DNA of 55,710 nucleotides from a virus (lineage: Duplodnaviria > Caudoviricetes), in IMG/VR virus record IMGVR_UViG_3300036987_000045, positions 1-55,710 of that record; one strand, 5' to 3'. A program made the position numbers and the translations under genes. This document shows, one piece after another, positions 29,166-38,330 of this stretch (its first letter is position 1; every line of letters starts with the position of its first letter). The notes below the pieces were generated by a model. It was not told the DNA's origin. It worked only from the letters and a program-made list of their open reading frames with translations, and searched no databases.

Positions 29166-31672
29166 TGCCTCCGATTCCAAAGATACCCCTTAAGTCGCTA
29201 GGCGATGTAACAGAGATACTTACCAACGCTTTGAAGTCTACGGGTAATAATCTCTATAAGGCGGAGCAGGAAGCGTTAAAGCTAGTGCCTAAGGTCCAAC
29301 ATCCCCTGGTGCAAAAGGGGTTACCGCGTATATTTGAGGAGCATCTAGTTAGCTCTGGTATGAAACCAGATCAAGCTAGAGTATTTAATGCGGTTAAGTA
29401 TTATCATGATGCCACTGGCATGGGCTTACAGACGCCTAATACGTGGCCACACTTTCTAGAGCCGGTCATGGAGGCGGAGCTTAAATCGCCTAAGCAGGTA
29501 CGTGGTCCGTCGCGCTTGCTTATAAAGACGAAGAAGCAGCATTCAGTTTGGAGTCCTAGCAACGTAAACGAGTATTATTTTGGTACTGAGGGTAATTTGT
29601 CCTATGACGCGTTAGCGGCACGTCTGGCAATCGACGCTGGTAAGGGTGCTCAGCAGTCGTATTGGGGGAGCTTGTTTAGTGGATATCAAGGAATTGGACG
29701 CGGGCTTAGTAAGCTCAAGCCGTCTCCGTTCGTGCGGGACTTACAGAGTACGTTGGGCGCAGCAATTGACAGCGGAGTGGTTGGTAAGTACCACGCACTA
29801 GAGGAACAGGCTTCCAAACTTAGGGACATATTGCGGACGACCAAGAAGCAATCAGTAACCAAGGTGACCGCGGCTGCACTTGAGAAGCTACAACCCCAAG
29901 TCAACGAGGCGTACCGCGCCGTTGAGGCGTACCGAATACCCTTTTTGCATCGGTGGGCGCAGAAGGAACCCGCCATACGCATGGGTCTGGCGTTGGAACC
30001 TAAGATGCATCCATGGGCGGAGAAGATGCTTAATCCTCAAGAGAAAAAGATCGTCGCTCGGGCGAGGGAGTATTTAGGTGGCGTTAAGGCTGAGGCTGAT
30101 GCATTGGGTCTGCCGATGATCAGCGGTGAGTATGCCCCTCATACATGGGGAACGGTGTCTAGGTTATTGAGTGGCAAACATCGTGAAGCGGCCCTCAATC
30201 TATTTGATACAAAGGTGCGTCCCGACGTCAAGTGGTCTCAGCGAGTGCCTGGATCACTCAACTGGATGCCGGACATTGATTTGATGATGCGTATAGCTAT
30301 CAACCAGTCCAATGACAAGTTTGGTAAGACCAAGCTGCTAAAGAAATGGTATTCGTACTTAGAGGGCGCTAAGGGTACGCAATGGGAGGGTAAGGGTCTG
30401 CGGCAGGTTAAGCCGGATGCGTATAACTATGCTAAGACTTGGCTCAATGAGCATCTTGAGGGGGATAGGGTGGCTAGCGGATTCGGTCGTGCGGTTGATT
30501 GGATTGTGTGGGCCGAGTACTTAAGTAAGATTGGAGGTTCGCTATCGGTTGCAGTTAAGCATGGATTCAAACCTTTGTTCATGCTGGCGATGCATCCAGT
30601 ACAGACTATCAAGGCTTCCCCGATGGCCCTTAAATCCGGTGTACGCATGGGGCTTAAGCGGCTAGGAATGGATGTCAATATTGGGATGGAGGACCGCGTC
30701 TTACAGCAGCTGCTGAGTAGTAAGTATATCTACCGCGCAATGTCTGGGCTAGAAGAGACGATGGAGGGCAAGAACAAGATACTGCGCGCTATTGAGGTCA
30801 CTAGTTCAGCCCCAGTTACTTTGGTCGAGTATCTAGAACGTGGTATGTCGGCGTATGCAGCAATGATGAAGGGTATGAAGAAGGATCTAAATTATCATGA
30901 GATGATGCGTGGGGTGTACCAGACCATGTTGGACATCAATTTCATGGGTAATATTGATCGTCCTTACTGGTTGGATGGACCTCTGCGTAGGTTGTCTTTG
31001 CTGTTCTTTTATACACCCTTTAAGATCGTGGAGAGGACCTTTGGCAAGTGGCCCATAGGAAGTGCGGCACACTTAGCTGAAGTGTATCGTAATCGTGGGC
31101 AAGTGATCCAGGGCTTAGGCAATGCGCTTACAGCAAAGGACTATAAGTTGTTTAAGGAGGGTCTGGTTAAGGCAACGCTTAAGGCACCCAAGGACGCTTT
31201 CGGCACTAGCTACACCCAGAACTTGGTGCGGTCCTTGATCACCGTTGGGGCGCTGAACGAGTTGAGTAAGGCGACTACCGATACGTCTATCTTGGGACAC
31301 ATTGTGCATTTACCTGGATTGCGGTCTGGGGCACAGGGCACACAAATCACTATGCCTCCCTATATAGATGTGTATAATAAGTGGTTGGAACAAGGCGGTG
31401 ATGCGTTGGCGATTAGACAGGTGCTGTTCGATCATTTCTGGCCCACAATGGCGATGAAGGCCCACCGCATTTCTAGTGGGGACATCCCAGAGATATATGG
31501 TGGTAGCGCTCTACGTTATCTATCATCCTTTCCCAAGCTGTCGATACAGAAAGATATGACTGAGGAGAGCGCAGATAGAAGAAGGCCGTCGCTTGAGCGT
31601 AAGCGTAAACGTTATGAGGAGTACCGCGAGCGCAATATACCCCCGGCGATACTACGTTTTATGGGAGACTAA
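29165..31672 (+). CDS. Large internal virion/ejection protein
   Basis: 835 aa, basic and helical, with LLFFYTPF (LPD-like motif); last large gene of the late operon. Confidence 0.65.
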   Translation: MPPIPKIPLKSLGDVTEILTNALKSTGNNLYKAEQEALKLVPKVQHPLVQKGLPRIFEEHLVSSGMKPDQARVFNAVKYYHDATGMGLQTPNTWPHFLEPVMEAELKSPKQVRGPSRLLIKTKKQHSVWSPSNVNEYYFGTEGNLSYDALAARLAIDAGKGAQQSYWGSLFSGYQGIGRGLSKLKPSPFVRDLQSTLGAAIDSGVVGKYHALEEQASKLRDILRTTKKQSVTKVTAAALEKLQPQVNEAYRAVEAYRIPFLHRWAQKEPAIRMGLALEPKMHPWAEKMLNPQEKKIVARAREYLGGVKAEADALGLPMISGEYAPHTWGTVSRLLSGKHREAALNLFDTKVRPDVKWSQRVPGSLNWMPDIDLMMRIAINQSNDKFGKTKLLKKWYSYLEGAKGTQWEGKGLRQVKPDAYNYAKTWLNEHLEGDRVASGFGRAVDWIVWAEYLSKIGGSLSVAVKHGFKPLFMLAMHPVQTIKASPMALKSGVRMGLKRLGMDVNIGMEDRVLQQLLSSKYIYRAMSGLEETMEGKNKILRAIEVTSSAPVTLVEYLERGMSAYAAMMKGMKKDLNYHEMMRGVYQTMLDINFMGNIDRPYWLDGPLRRLSLLFFYTPFKIVERTFGKWPIGSAAHLAEVYRNRGQVIQGLGNALTAKDYKLFKEGLVKATLKAPKDAFGTSYTQNLVRSLITVGALNELSKATTDTSILGHIVHLPGLRSGAQGTQITMPPYIDVYNKWLEQGGDALAIRQVLFDHFWPTMAMKAHRISSGDIPEIYGGSALRYLSSFPKLSIQKDMTEESADRRRPSLERKRKRYEEYRERNIPPAILRFMGD

Positions 31673-31687
31673 TTTAAGGAGAGCACC

Positions 31688-32017
31688 ATGAGCATCATCC
31701 GTTTCTACAACGTACCGGCCACGTCAGAATATTTTGCTATTGGAACAGCGTGTTCCGAAGCGTTGACTACAGCCAACTACTACATGTCTACAGGTTATGT
31801 GCGTGGGCAAGGCGCACAATCTGTATTTGGAACGCTGGAGGGCGCTGACCTGCGTTTTAAAATTAACGGTAGCGCCCCCGCAACGAGTTGTGGTCATATC
31901 TGGTACAAGGGAGATTCTATCTTCTTTGACGACCTGGGTATACTGCAAAATCTCCAACTGCTTAACGAAGCAGCGTTGGCTACAGCATACGTACACTTTA
32001 CATACTTCTACGGCTAG
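31688..32017 (+). CDS. Small probable virion protein
   Basis: AAGGAG RBS; LRFKING.AP...GH motif; its stop overlaps the convergent gene's stop in CTAG. Confidence 0.6.
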   Translation: MSIIRFYNVPATSEYFAIGTACSEALTTANYYMSTGYVRGQGAQSVFGTLEGADLRFKINGSAPATSCGHIWYKGDSIFFDDLGILQNLQLLNEAALATAYVHFTYFYG

Positions 32018-32205
32018 TCCTGAGGAGGGGTCGCTGCACTCTCTGGTAGTGGTCCCTCTGGGTAGCCCTCCCAGGGACAGGGTTTGTTATGGTGGCTAGT
32101 GTCGACGGGGCAGTCGCACTTGCCATTTACGTACCAGTAGCATTCATTGATACGCAGGTCCTTAGCAACAGTGAACCAGGGCTTGTAGTTATGACATTTG
32201 TTCAT
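32014..32205 (-). CDS. Small Cys-rich hypothetical protein
   Basis: Coupled to the neuB-like gene; last gene of the minus-strand operon. Confidence 0.5.
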   Translation of the reverse strand: MNKCHNYKPWFTVAKDLRINECYWYVNGKCDCPVDTSHHNKPCPWEGYPEGPLPESAATPPQD

Positions 32206-32996
32206 ACGTATTTACTCCAGCGTTTGCGCCACTCGAGGACATCCGGTCTATCAGGTGGCACATAGTCATCCTCGTAGGAATCCCCGAATACAGGCTGCAA
32301 TTCCAGCGTTCGTACAGTGATCTCACGTAGGTTCTCAACGTCTACGGCACATTGCTGATCCGGGGTCTTGTTGTCCAGTATGTCCTCCTTGAGATGGAAC
32401 TCCAGTTGTTTGGCATCGTAGGCCAGAGCGATGGGCAGGAGATTTTCCCATTCCGGTGTGTGACATGACCAACCAACATAGGGCTGGATCATCATGTCTT
32501 CCATAATGTCGGCCAACAGTGATATGCGACTCATGCAGGCCAGGTCCAGCGGGGTTGGGTACATGGATACGCAATGCATTAGGCATACGCTACCGCTGTA
32601 AGGATCAATCGTCTCGCAGAGCTTAAGCAGCTCGTCCTCATTCATACCACCAGTCGAGATCATTACCGGCAGGCCGGTAGAGCAGCACTCCCGAACCAGC
32701 TCGTAATAGGTGGACTCGACGCTAGCAATCTTCAGTGCTAGGGGCTTACGCGGCAGGGCATAGTCTAGGTCCGCTGGGCAGAAGACGCTAGGTACCCAGA
32801 ACTCTGGTAGGGGCCAGTTGCGGTTAAAGGTCTTCTCACTGAAGAGCTGAATCTTTACTATGGCATTGGCAGAGATAGCGTAGTTGACCAGGCGATCATA
32901 TAGCTTGCGATTGCCTTTGTGGTTCGTGCCCAAGTCAGCGTAGACGTTGATCTGGTCTAGGAGGGGGAGGCCGATGTCTTTGTTGGTGTCGTTCAT
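32202..32996 (-). CDS. Nonulosonic acid synthase, NeuB/PseI family
   Basis: ADLGTNHKG, KIQLF, KIASVE, PVMISTG, LMHCVSMYPTP, VGWSCHT and LEFH; no C-terminal SAF/antifreeze-like domain. Confidence 0.9.
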   Translation of the reverse strand: MNDTNKDIGLPLLDQINVYADLGTNHKGNRKLYDRLVNYAISANAIVKIQLFSEKTFNRNWPLPEFWVPSVFCPADLDYALPRKPLALKIASVESTYYELVRECCSTGLPVMISTGGMNEDELLKLCETIDPYSGSVCLMHCVSMYPTPLDLACMSRISLLADIMEDMMIQPYVGWSCHTPEWENLLPIALAYDAKQLEFHLKEDILDNKTPDQQCAVDVENLREITVRTLELQPVFGDSYEDDYVPPDRPDVLEWRKRWSKYV

Positions 32997-33181
32997 AGCT
33001 CTACTTCCTCCATATTGGCGGTTTTGCTCACGCAGAAGGGACAGACGTAAAAATCATGTTTACTCATTATGTTTTCTACGGTGTAATTACCGAGTGTGTC
33101 TCGCTCCCACTTAGCGATCATATACTTTGCTCCACACTCACACTCGAATGCCATTGGTCTTCCTAGTGTCTGTACGCTCAT
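32993..33181 (-). CDS. Small zinc-ribbon protein
   Basis: CECG...CPFC; ATGA coupling with both neighbours. Confidence 0.55.
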   Translation of the reverse strand: MSVQTLGRPMAFECECGAKYMIAKWERDTLGNYTVENIMSKHDFYVCPFCVSKTANMEEVEL

Positions 33182-33978
33182 ATCGCTACTCCATTGATAG
33201 CGTTCCATGCACGCCATCCGTCAAATAGGCTGGGGGTTACGGTCAGGTCCCAATCCTCGATTGCCTGAAGCCATACCTCAACTACGGTTTGGTAGGACTC
33301 GTTGATTTGGGTGTCGTGGGCCGGGGACTGCCAACTCAATTCCTCACTGCTGCCGTCGGCCATCTGTACCACGATGCCCCGGCGGTACGTCGCGCTGTGC
33401 CAGCCGGATTGGATTGTGGTCAGTACGCCGCTGTGGTGCTTTATCAACATGCTGTATGCGTCCATACTAAGGGACTTGAGTGTAGAACGGGACTCGACGT
33501 GGACACGCTCGGCGGCACCGAAGAGCCATAGGGCCATGTCAACCTCATGGAGATTGATACGCGTTATGCCTTCCTGATAGTAACATGTCTTGCGATAGTC
33601 TGTGTCTCGCCAGCTAGCTAGATCATAGTCAAAGTACAGATGGGCACTGACAATGTGTTTACCAACCAGACGCGTTTCCAGCTCTCGCATAGAGTGTACG
33701 AAGCGCCAGTTGGAGGCGGTCATGTTGGGCACTTCAGCTAAATACAATGTGGGGCTACGATGATATGTTATTGGACCCTCACATAAGATAGGGATGCCTA
33801 AATTGTAGGCATAGTCCAGATGTGCTTCGTGAGCGACAGGCGGACTAGCAATTATCACAGCATCCCTTCGCACAAACGAGTCCCTTGGCCCCGCTATTGT
33901 AGGCTCATGCCCAAGCGTACGCAGTATGCGTTCGTAGCGTTTACCGGCGCTACCGTCCCCTATTACTAAGATTTTCAT
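33178..33978 (-). CDS. Gfo/Idh/MocA-family NAD(P)-dependent oxidoreductase
   Basis: MKILVIGDGSAG, VIIASPPVAH, ILCEGP (EKP variant), NWRF and HEVD..LWLFG. Confidence 0.85.
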   Translation of the reverse strand: MKILVIGDGSAGKRYERILRTLGHEPTIAGPRDSFVRRDAVIIASPPVAHEAHLDYAYNLGIPILCEGPITYHRSPTLYLAEVPNMTASNWRFVHSMRELETRLVGKHIVSAHLYFDYDLASWRDTDYRKTCYYQEGITRINLHEVDMALWLFGAAERVHVESRSTLKSLSMDAYSMLIKHHSGVLTTIQSGWHSATYRRGIVVQMADGSSEELSWQSPAHDTQINESYQTVVEVWLQAIEDWDLTVTPSLFDGWRAWNAINGVAI

Positions 33979-34031
33979 GCTACCCTTCCTTTCCTCTAAG
34001 CATAGATAGAGATCGTTCAAATTTAGTGCAA

Positions 34032-34604
34032 TTAAGACGATTGTAGCCCCGGTGGAGCAGATTTGAAGCGGGAGCCTCTGCCTTGTTCGACTAGCTTCCT
34101 TTTTGCCTCCGCTGAAAGGATTGCGCCCTTTCTGGTTCGACGCGCTCCTACCAATTCACATACCTCTTGTAAAACGGATAGAGGAAATCTTATATCCATT
34201 GTAAAGCGTCCGTCAAACGTAAGGGCTATGGACGCTTCTTTAACTGCGCGGAGAACCTTATTCCCCAATTGCTTGGTTGTATACAGAGTGAATAGCTTGG
34301 CTTTATCATCGAATAGGTAGATGATGCTACCATTCGAGCATAGTATCCACTCGTACCAGTGCAGAGCTTCTTTTTTGAACTCAGGGCGCTCTACGACAAA
34401 GGATGGATCTATCCCCATTCTGTACCTGTACTTGGTCAGCTTTGCCAATGTACCCCACTTACTAGACCAAACCTTCTCTAGTTTCTTCTTCCATAGATAA
34501 TGCTCCGGGGTTTTTCCATCCACAACCTTTGTTAGGATTACACCACCCACATTCGCCTTAATTAGTAGTTCTGGCGTGGCTTCCATACTTCTTCCTCCCC
34601 TCAA
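34032..34604 (-). CDS. Hypothetical basic protein inserted in the sugar cluster
   Basis: 190-aa ORF with a C-terminal LSAEAKRKL; no recognised enzyme motif. Confidence 0.6.
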   Translation of the reverse strand: MRGGRSMEATPELLIKANVGGVILTKVVDGKTPEHYLWKKKLEKVWSSKWGTLAKLTKYRYRMGIDPSFVVERPEFKKEALHWYEWILCSNGSIIYLFDDKAKLFTLYTTKQLGNKVLRAVKEASIALTFDGRFTMDIRFPLSVLQEVCELVGARRTRKGAILSAEAKRKLVEQGRGSRFKSAPPGLQSS

Positions 34605-35199
34605 TCATACGTTTAACTAGTAAGTACTCCTCACTTGTATCCACGCTTATCTTGGCTCGTGGGTCCAATATGCTTACCCGGACACGCTCGACAGGGAGCA
34701 TGGAGTACAGCATCGGCGTAACATGTTCCCTTCCATAAGGACTAGTATCTAGCTCGCTTACCTTCCTGAGAGCGTGTGCCGGGAACAGCTCCATGTCCAA
34801 GCCATCTGGATCAAGTGGGCGGTTGGTGTACAGCGTATCGCTGTCCATGTCACAACGCATAAGGAAGCGCTCGATTAGTTCCTGGGTGAGCATAGGGCAA
34901 TCGGCTGTTAGACGCAGGACCCACTGGAACTCCATATCATAGTACCCCTGCGCCTTGTCCAGAGCAACTATGAATCTGGTCAACACGTCGTCTGGCGTAT
35001 GGTGTGCGGCAAAGGGCACCTTCATGTCCCGGCATATGTCCATGATGATTGTATCTGTAGCCGGACACGCTACGATCTTAGGAAAGGGCGCTGCCTCGAC
35101 TACGTAGCTAAACATAGGCAAGCCGTGTATCGGCAGCAATGCTTTGCCGGGGAGACGAGTGGAGCCTACGCGTACTTGTATAATGCTTAGGACGATCAC
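34558..35199 (-). CDS. Acylneuraminate cytidylyltransferase-like, SpsF/PseF family
   Basis: IIQVRVGSTRLPGKAL, DDVLTRF, RLTADCP, PDGLDMELF, REHVTP and SVDT.EY. Confidence 0.9.
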   Translation of the reverse strand: MIVLSIIQVRVGSTRLPGKALLPIHGLPMFSYVVEAAPFPKIVACPATDTIIMDICRDMKVPFAAHHTPDDVLTRFIVALDKAQGYYDMEFQWVLRLTADCPMLTQELIERFLMRCDMDSDTLYTNRPLDPDGLDMELFPAHALRKVSELDTSPYGREHVTPMLYSMLPVERVRVSILDPRAKISVDTSEEYLLVKRMIEGRKKYGSHARTTN

Positions 35200-35354
35200 T
35201 CTAGTTTACCCCCGTGCCTTATTGCCCACTCCTCAAGCAGCGTTACGCGGGCCTCAAGATCAGCTACGCGTGTCTCCAAAGAGACCTGCTTAGATGGAAG
35301 CGACGCCGCAACGCAGACCAGTACCATGATTATCAAGAACACGATCTTCTTCAT
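35196..35354 (-). CDS. 52-aa membrane-anchored coiled-coil peptide
   Basis: MKKIVFLIIMVLVCVAAS...LETRVADLEARVTLLE; coupled at both ends; not in the ORF track. Confidence 0.6.
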   Translation of the reverse strand: MKKIVFLIIMVLVCVAASLPSKQVSLETRVADLEARVTLLEEWAIRHGGKLE

Positions 35355-35794
35355 GCCTTTCTCCATTCCAATATGACACAGGGTCGGTGTTTAACGATCT
35401 GTGCATCTGCTATCGTGAATCCGCATGTGGTAAACAGGCGTAGGCTATGGGTGTTGCCTACAATTACCGTAGCTTGCAAACGGTCATACTGTCGCTTTAA
35501 GAACTCTATACACTGCTTGCCGTAGCCCTTGCTACGGGCCAAAGGATTTACGGTTATGCCCACGTCGTCACCTATCACCTGCATGATCGCTACTGGCCCA
35601 CTGTCGTTTTCAGCAATACAGATGTCCTCGTTTACAATCGCCCGATGCATCCATTCCCAATGCTTCTCAATTGTTGGGGTTCGGTTCAGGCTCCAGAAGG
35701 CTGTCTGTTGCTCCATGCGCCAGGCATAAAGCATCCACAGATCACTCATACGTACGCGTCTAAACGTTAGGGCTGGGTCTCTCTCCATCGACAT
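35351..35794 (-). CDS. PseH-like GNAT N-acetyltransferase
   Basis: DL..LYAWR, EKHWEW, ARSKGYG and N..SLRLF..CGF. Confidence 0.82.
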   Translation of the reverse strand: MSMERDPALTFRRVRMSDLWMLYAWRMEQQTAFWSLNRTPTIEKHWEWMHRAIVNEDICIAENDSGPVAIMQVIGDDVGITVNPLARSKGYGKQCIEFLKRQYDRLQATVIVGNTHSLRLFTTCGFTIADAQIVKHRPCVILEWRKA

Positions 35795-36852
35795 AATACC
35801 TCCACTAGTCTATGTATTTGATTCCGCGTCTGCGACAACGCCACACTTATCCACCCCGGAAACAAGATCCCCCGATCGAAACAGTATCCAGTCGCGTCAC
35901 GGGTCTGCGACGAGGGAAGCATGACCTCGAAACGCTCGTTTAACCCGTTGGTAGCGAATCCAACATCATGAAGCACATCCCGAAAGAATTGCCCCAGTTC
36001 GCTTAGCTGAGACGGAATAGCAAGCGCACGATACGCTGCCAGCGTACGCATAGCAATGTCCAAGGACGTATTTTCACCATTGTTTGTGCCCGAGAAGTGA
36101 ACCTCGCTGATAAGTTTATCCATGAGAGCCTTCCGTCCAGTACATGCTGATAGAGCCGCTCCCTGGGCCATCGCCTTACCATAGCAATAGAGATCGGCTT
36201 TAATACCAATCGAGTGCATATACCCCCCGAGCGTGTGCCGGTAGCCGAGGATAACTTCGTCGCTAATGAGTACGATCCCGTGCTCATCGCATACCTCCCC
36301 TAAATGCTCCAACCACCCGACAGGCGGTACCTCTATGGATTTGGGCACTGGCTCAACAACGATAGCCGCAACCGACAACGGGGCCATTAGGTCAAGCGGC
36401 TGGCCGAACGGCAACACGATAGCCGGGGTCGGTGGGTACCCGGCTTGATGCCAGCCTATTGGTCCGAACTCTGACGCAGTACCATGGTAGGACTTATCAA
36501 ATATAACTATGTTCTGGCGGCCTGTGGCGGCCCTGGCAAGACGCACGGCACAACTGAGGGCGTCACTACCAGATTTGAAGAAACGCACCGCCTCCGTGCC
36601 CATAGCGTCACAGAATTGGTTAGCAAAGTCGCGTTCGTTCATCCAGGGAAGAGATGCAGCTGGTCGAAACACCGAGCTGAAATAATCATAGCCCAACGTA
36701 TTCGCCCCCAACGCAGAGGCCCAGTCGTCATACTCCTTACCATTGCTGAGCTTAATGACCGAGTCTCGAGCATCCGTAACCCATAGATTCTTAGTCTTGT
36801 CTGGCCAAATAGATCGCTTGCTCGTAGTACTGGTGTTATTGACTAGATGCAT
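35767..36852 (-). CDS. Class III PLP aminotransferase (glutamate-semialdehyde aminomutase-like)
   Basis: YDDW..LG, VRFFKSGSDA..AVRLARA.TGR, SYHG, EPV, LISDEVILGYR and YGKAMAQG. Confidence 0.9.
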   Translation of the reverse strand: MHLVNNTSTTSKRSIWPDKTKNLWVTDARDSVIKLSNGKEYDDWASALGANTLGYDYFSSVFRPAASLPWMNERDFANQFCDAMGTEAVRFFKSGSDALSCAVRLARAATGRQNIVIFDKSYHGTASEFGPIGWHQAGYPPTPAIVLPFGQPLDLMAPLSVAAIVVEPVPKSIEVPPVGWLEHLGEVCDEHGIVLISDEVILGYRHTLGGYMHSIGIKADLYCYGKAMAQGAALSACTGRKALMDKLISEVHFSGTNNGENTSLDIAMRTLAAYRALAIPSQLSELGQFFRDVLHDVGFATNGLNERFEVMLPSSQTRDATGYCFDRGILFPGWISVALSQTRNQIHRLVEVLCRWRETQP

Positions 36853-36880
36853 ATAATCCCCTTATTTGTCAGATTGTTTG

Positions 36881-37174
36881 TCAGATCGCCTCATCCACCA
36901 TCTGCGGAATCATTTCCACCTGCCAATCCTCCAGGGTGATCTCGGCCAGGTGGATCACGGCGTGGGCCATTTCGTGTGCCAGCTGTCGCATATCCGGCTC
37001 GTCCACATAGACAATTATGTTGCTGCCTTGATGGTAATAGGGGACGCGATCACAGAACATAGATGCGACTTCCGGAGAGAACTGGCGGATTTGTGGCATT
37101 GGCGGACAATCTATTACGGTGCCTGTAGCCTGTTCTACAAGGCGGCATACTCTTTACCAAAGTTCTTCGTTCAT
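36881..37174 (-). pseudogene. HExxH metallopeptidase-like gene with an in-frame TAA at codon 7
   Basis: AAGGAG RBS and ATG 37174 read MNEELW*RVCR..., in frame with LAHEMAH. Confidence 0.6.
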
Positions 37175-37187
37175 GGTTTCTCCTTCA

Positions 37188-37406
37188 TTATGATGATATT
37201 TTTTCATAGCTACTCTTTTCCCGCCTAATCATGTCGTACAAATCTTCTGGATTTATGATCCCTACATATTTACTAACTCGGTTGGTATAAACTCCATCGG
37301 ATACTTCGTCTATCTTAATCCAGCCGTCTTGATAATAGACGATGGTGCCATTTTGTATCGTAAGACCAGATGGAGTTAGGATTATTCCACATTCGTTATC
37401 GCTCAT
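37188..37406 (-). CDS. Hypothetical protein
   Basis: GGAGGAG RBS; ATGA coupling. Confidence 0.55.
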   Translation of the reverse strand: MSDNECGIILTPSGLTIQNGTIVYYQDGWIKIDEVSDGVYTNRVSKYVGIINPEDLYDMIRREKSSYEKISS

Positions 37407-37882
37407 GGCTTCTCCTCCATTATCGCCTTGACCTCGGGGCGACTTAAAATCTTACACGCCCCACAAGGTTCAATCTCCACTGGCACTTGTATACCATCTA
37501 CTGTTGCGCTTACTTTGCTGCAATAGCAACGCAATTCTTTTACTGTCTCCCGCACCAATGAGCGGAGGGCGGCGAGTTCTTTTAGCGTCCCTTTGGGCGC
37601 ATACTCTAATACCATATCTCCACAATAGCTTCCAGGTTTACCGATTATGGTATCATCTTTCATCCTTCCACCATCACGCCTTTTGTCGCCGAAGATATCG
37701 TCTGTACTATAGTCTCCCATCCCTTCCTCCCCGATAGGCATTTCTTCTATGTGACATTCCCATCCACACTTGGGGCAATAGCGTTGGTTTTTGTCAATAG
37801 ACTCCTTGCAGCATTTCGATTGAATCGGCGTTGTCATGTCAATCCCTTCGTATCCGCCATTTTTACTTGTCGCCTCTCCCAT
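37403..37882 (-). CDS. Hypothetical Cys-containing protein
   Basis: ORF in the operon with CxxC motifs; start uncertain. Confidence 0.5.
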   Translation of the reverse strand: MGEATSKNGGYEGIDMTTPIQSKCCKESIDKNQRYCPKCGWECHIEEMPIGEEGMGDYSTDDIFGDKRRDGGRMKDDTIIGKPGSYCGDMVLEYAPKGTLKELAALRSLVRETVKELRCYCSKVSATVDGIQVPVEIEPCGACKILSRPEVKAIMEEKP

Positions 37883-38117
37883 TGATCAGCAGCTAAGGCA
37901 GCAGCACCATTGTCCCACCCTTTGCGCAAGTAGTGATAGTACACTTCTCCCCAGCTTTCCCACTTTTTTCTTGCCATAATTCTCAACCTCGCCAGGCATT
38001 TCTAACCCGCCCCTGGCTGGCGGGGGTTACTGACATATACAAGGTTTGCAATTACACGCAGGGCAAATGTTGTATTTAGTCAATTTAACCACCCCCTCCT
38101 CTCGCAGTAGCGAAGTC

Positions 38118-38330
38118 CTACTTCCAGTTAATCGCATTATCTATGGCCACTTTTAGCTGTTCGGCAGAAACCGCATAACTGTGTCCTTCAACGTGCACGA
38201 TTACCAGTTTACCCTCATTCCATGGTCGTGGTACACGACACGATTGGATAGCCATTGATGGAGAGGGAGACGAATGTGCTACAACATTTCCGTCAACTGC
38301 ATAGATTTGAATTTCATTAATGACTTTCAT
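38118..38330 (-). CDS. Hypothetical protein
   Basis: AAGGAG RBS; bounded by 15-bp repeats. Confidence 0.6.
   Translation of the reverse strand: MKVINEIQIYAVDGNVVAHSSPSPSMAIQSCRVPRPWNEGKLVIVHVEGHSYAVSAEQLKVAIDNAINWK

Noticed and set aside
32202-36852. Sugar genes as a DNA hypermodification pathway
   Set aside because: No base hydroxymethylase or DNA glycosyltransferase was recognised, and the only transferase is a protein-directed Maf type in the capsid operon. Disfavoured, not excluded.
35767-36852. hemL (tetrapyrrole synthesis) auxiliary metabolic gene
   Set aside because: Same fold, but coupling to the GNAT, SpsF and NeuB genes indicates a sugar aminotransferase.
37154-37156. Stop-codon reassignment suggested by the in-frame TAA
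   Set aside because: TAA, TAG and TGA all end full-length conserved genes elsewhere, and coding density is high under code 11.
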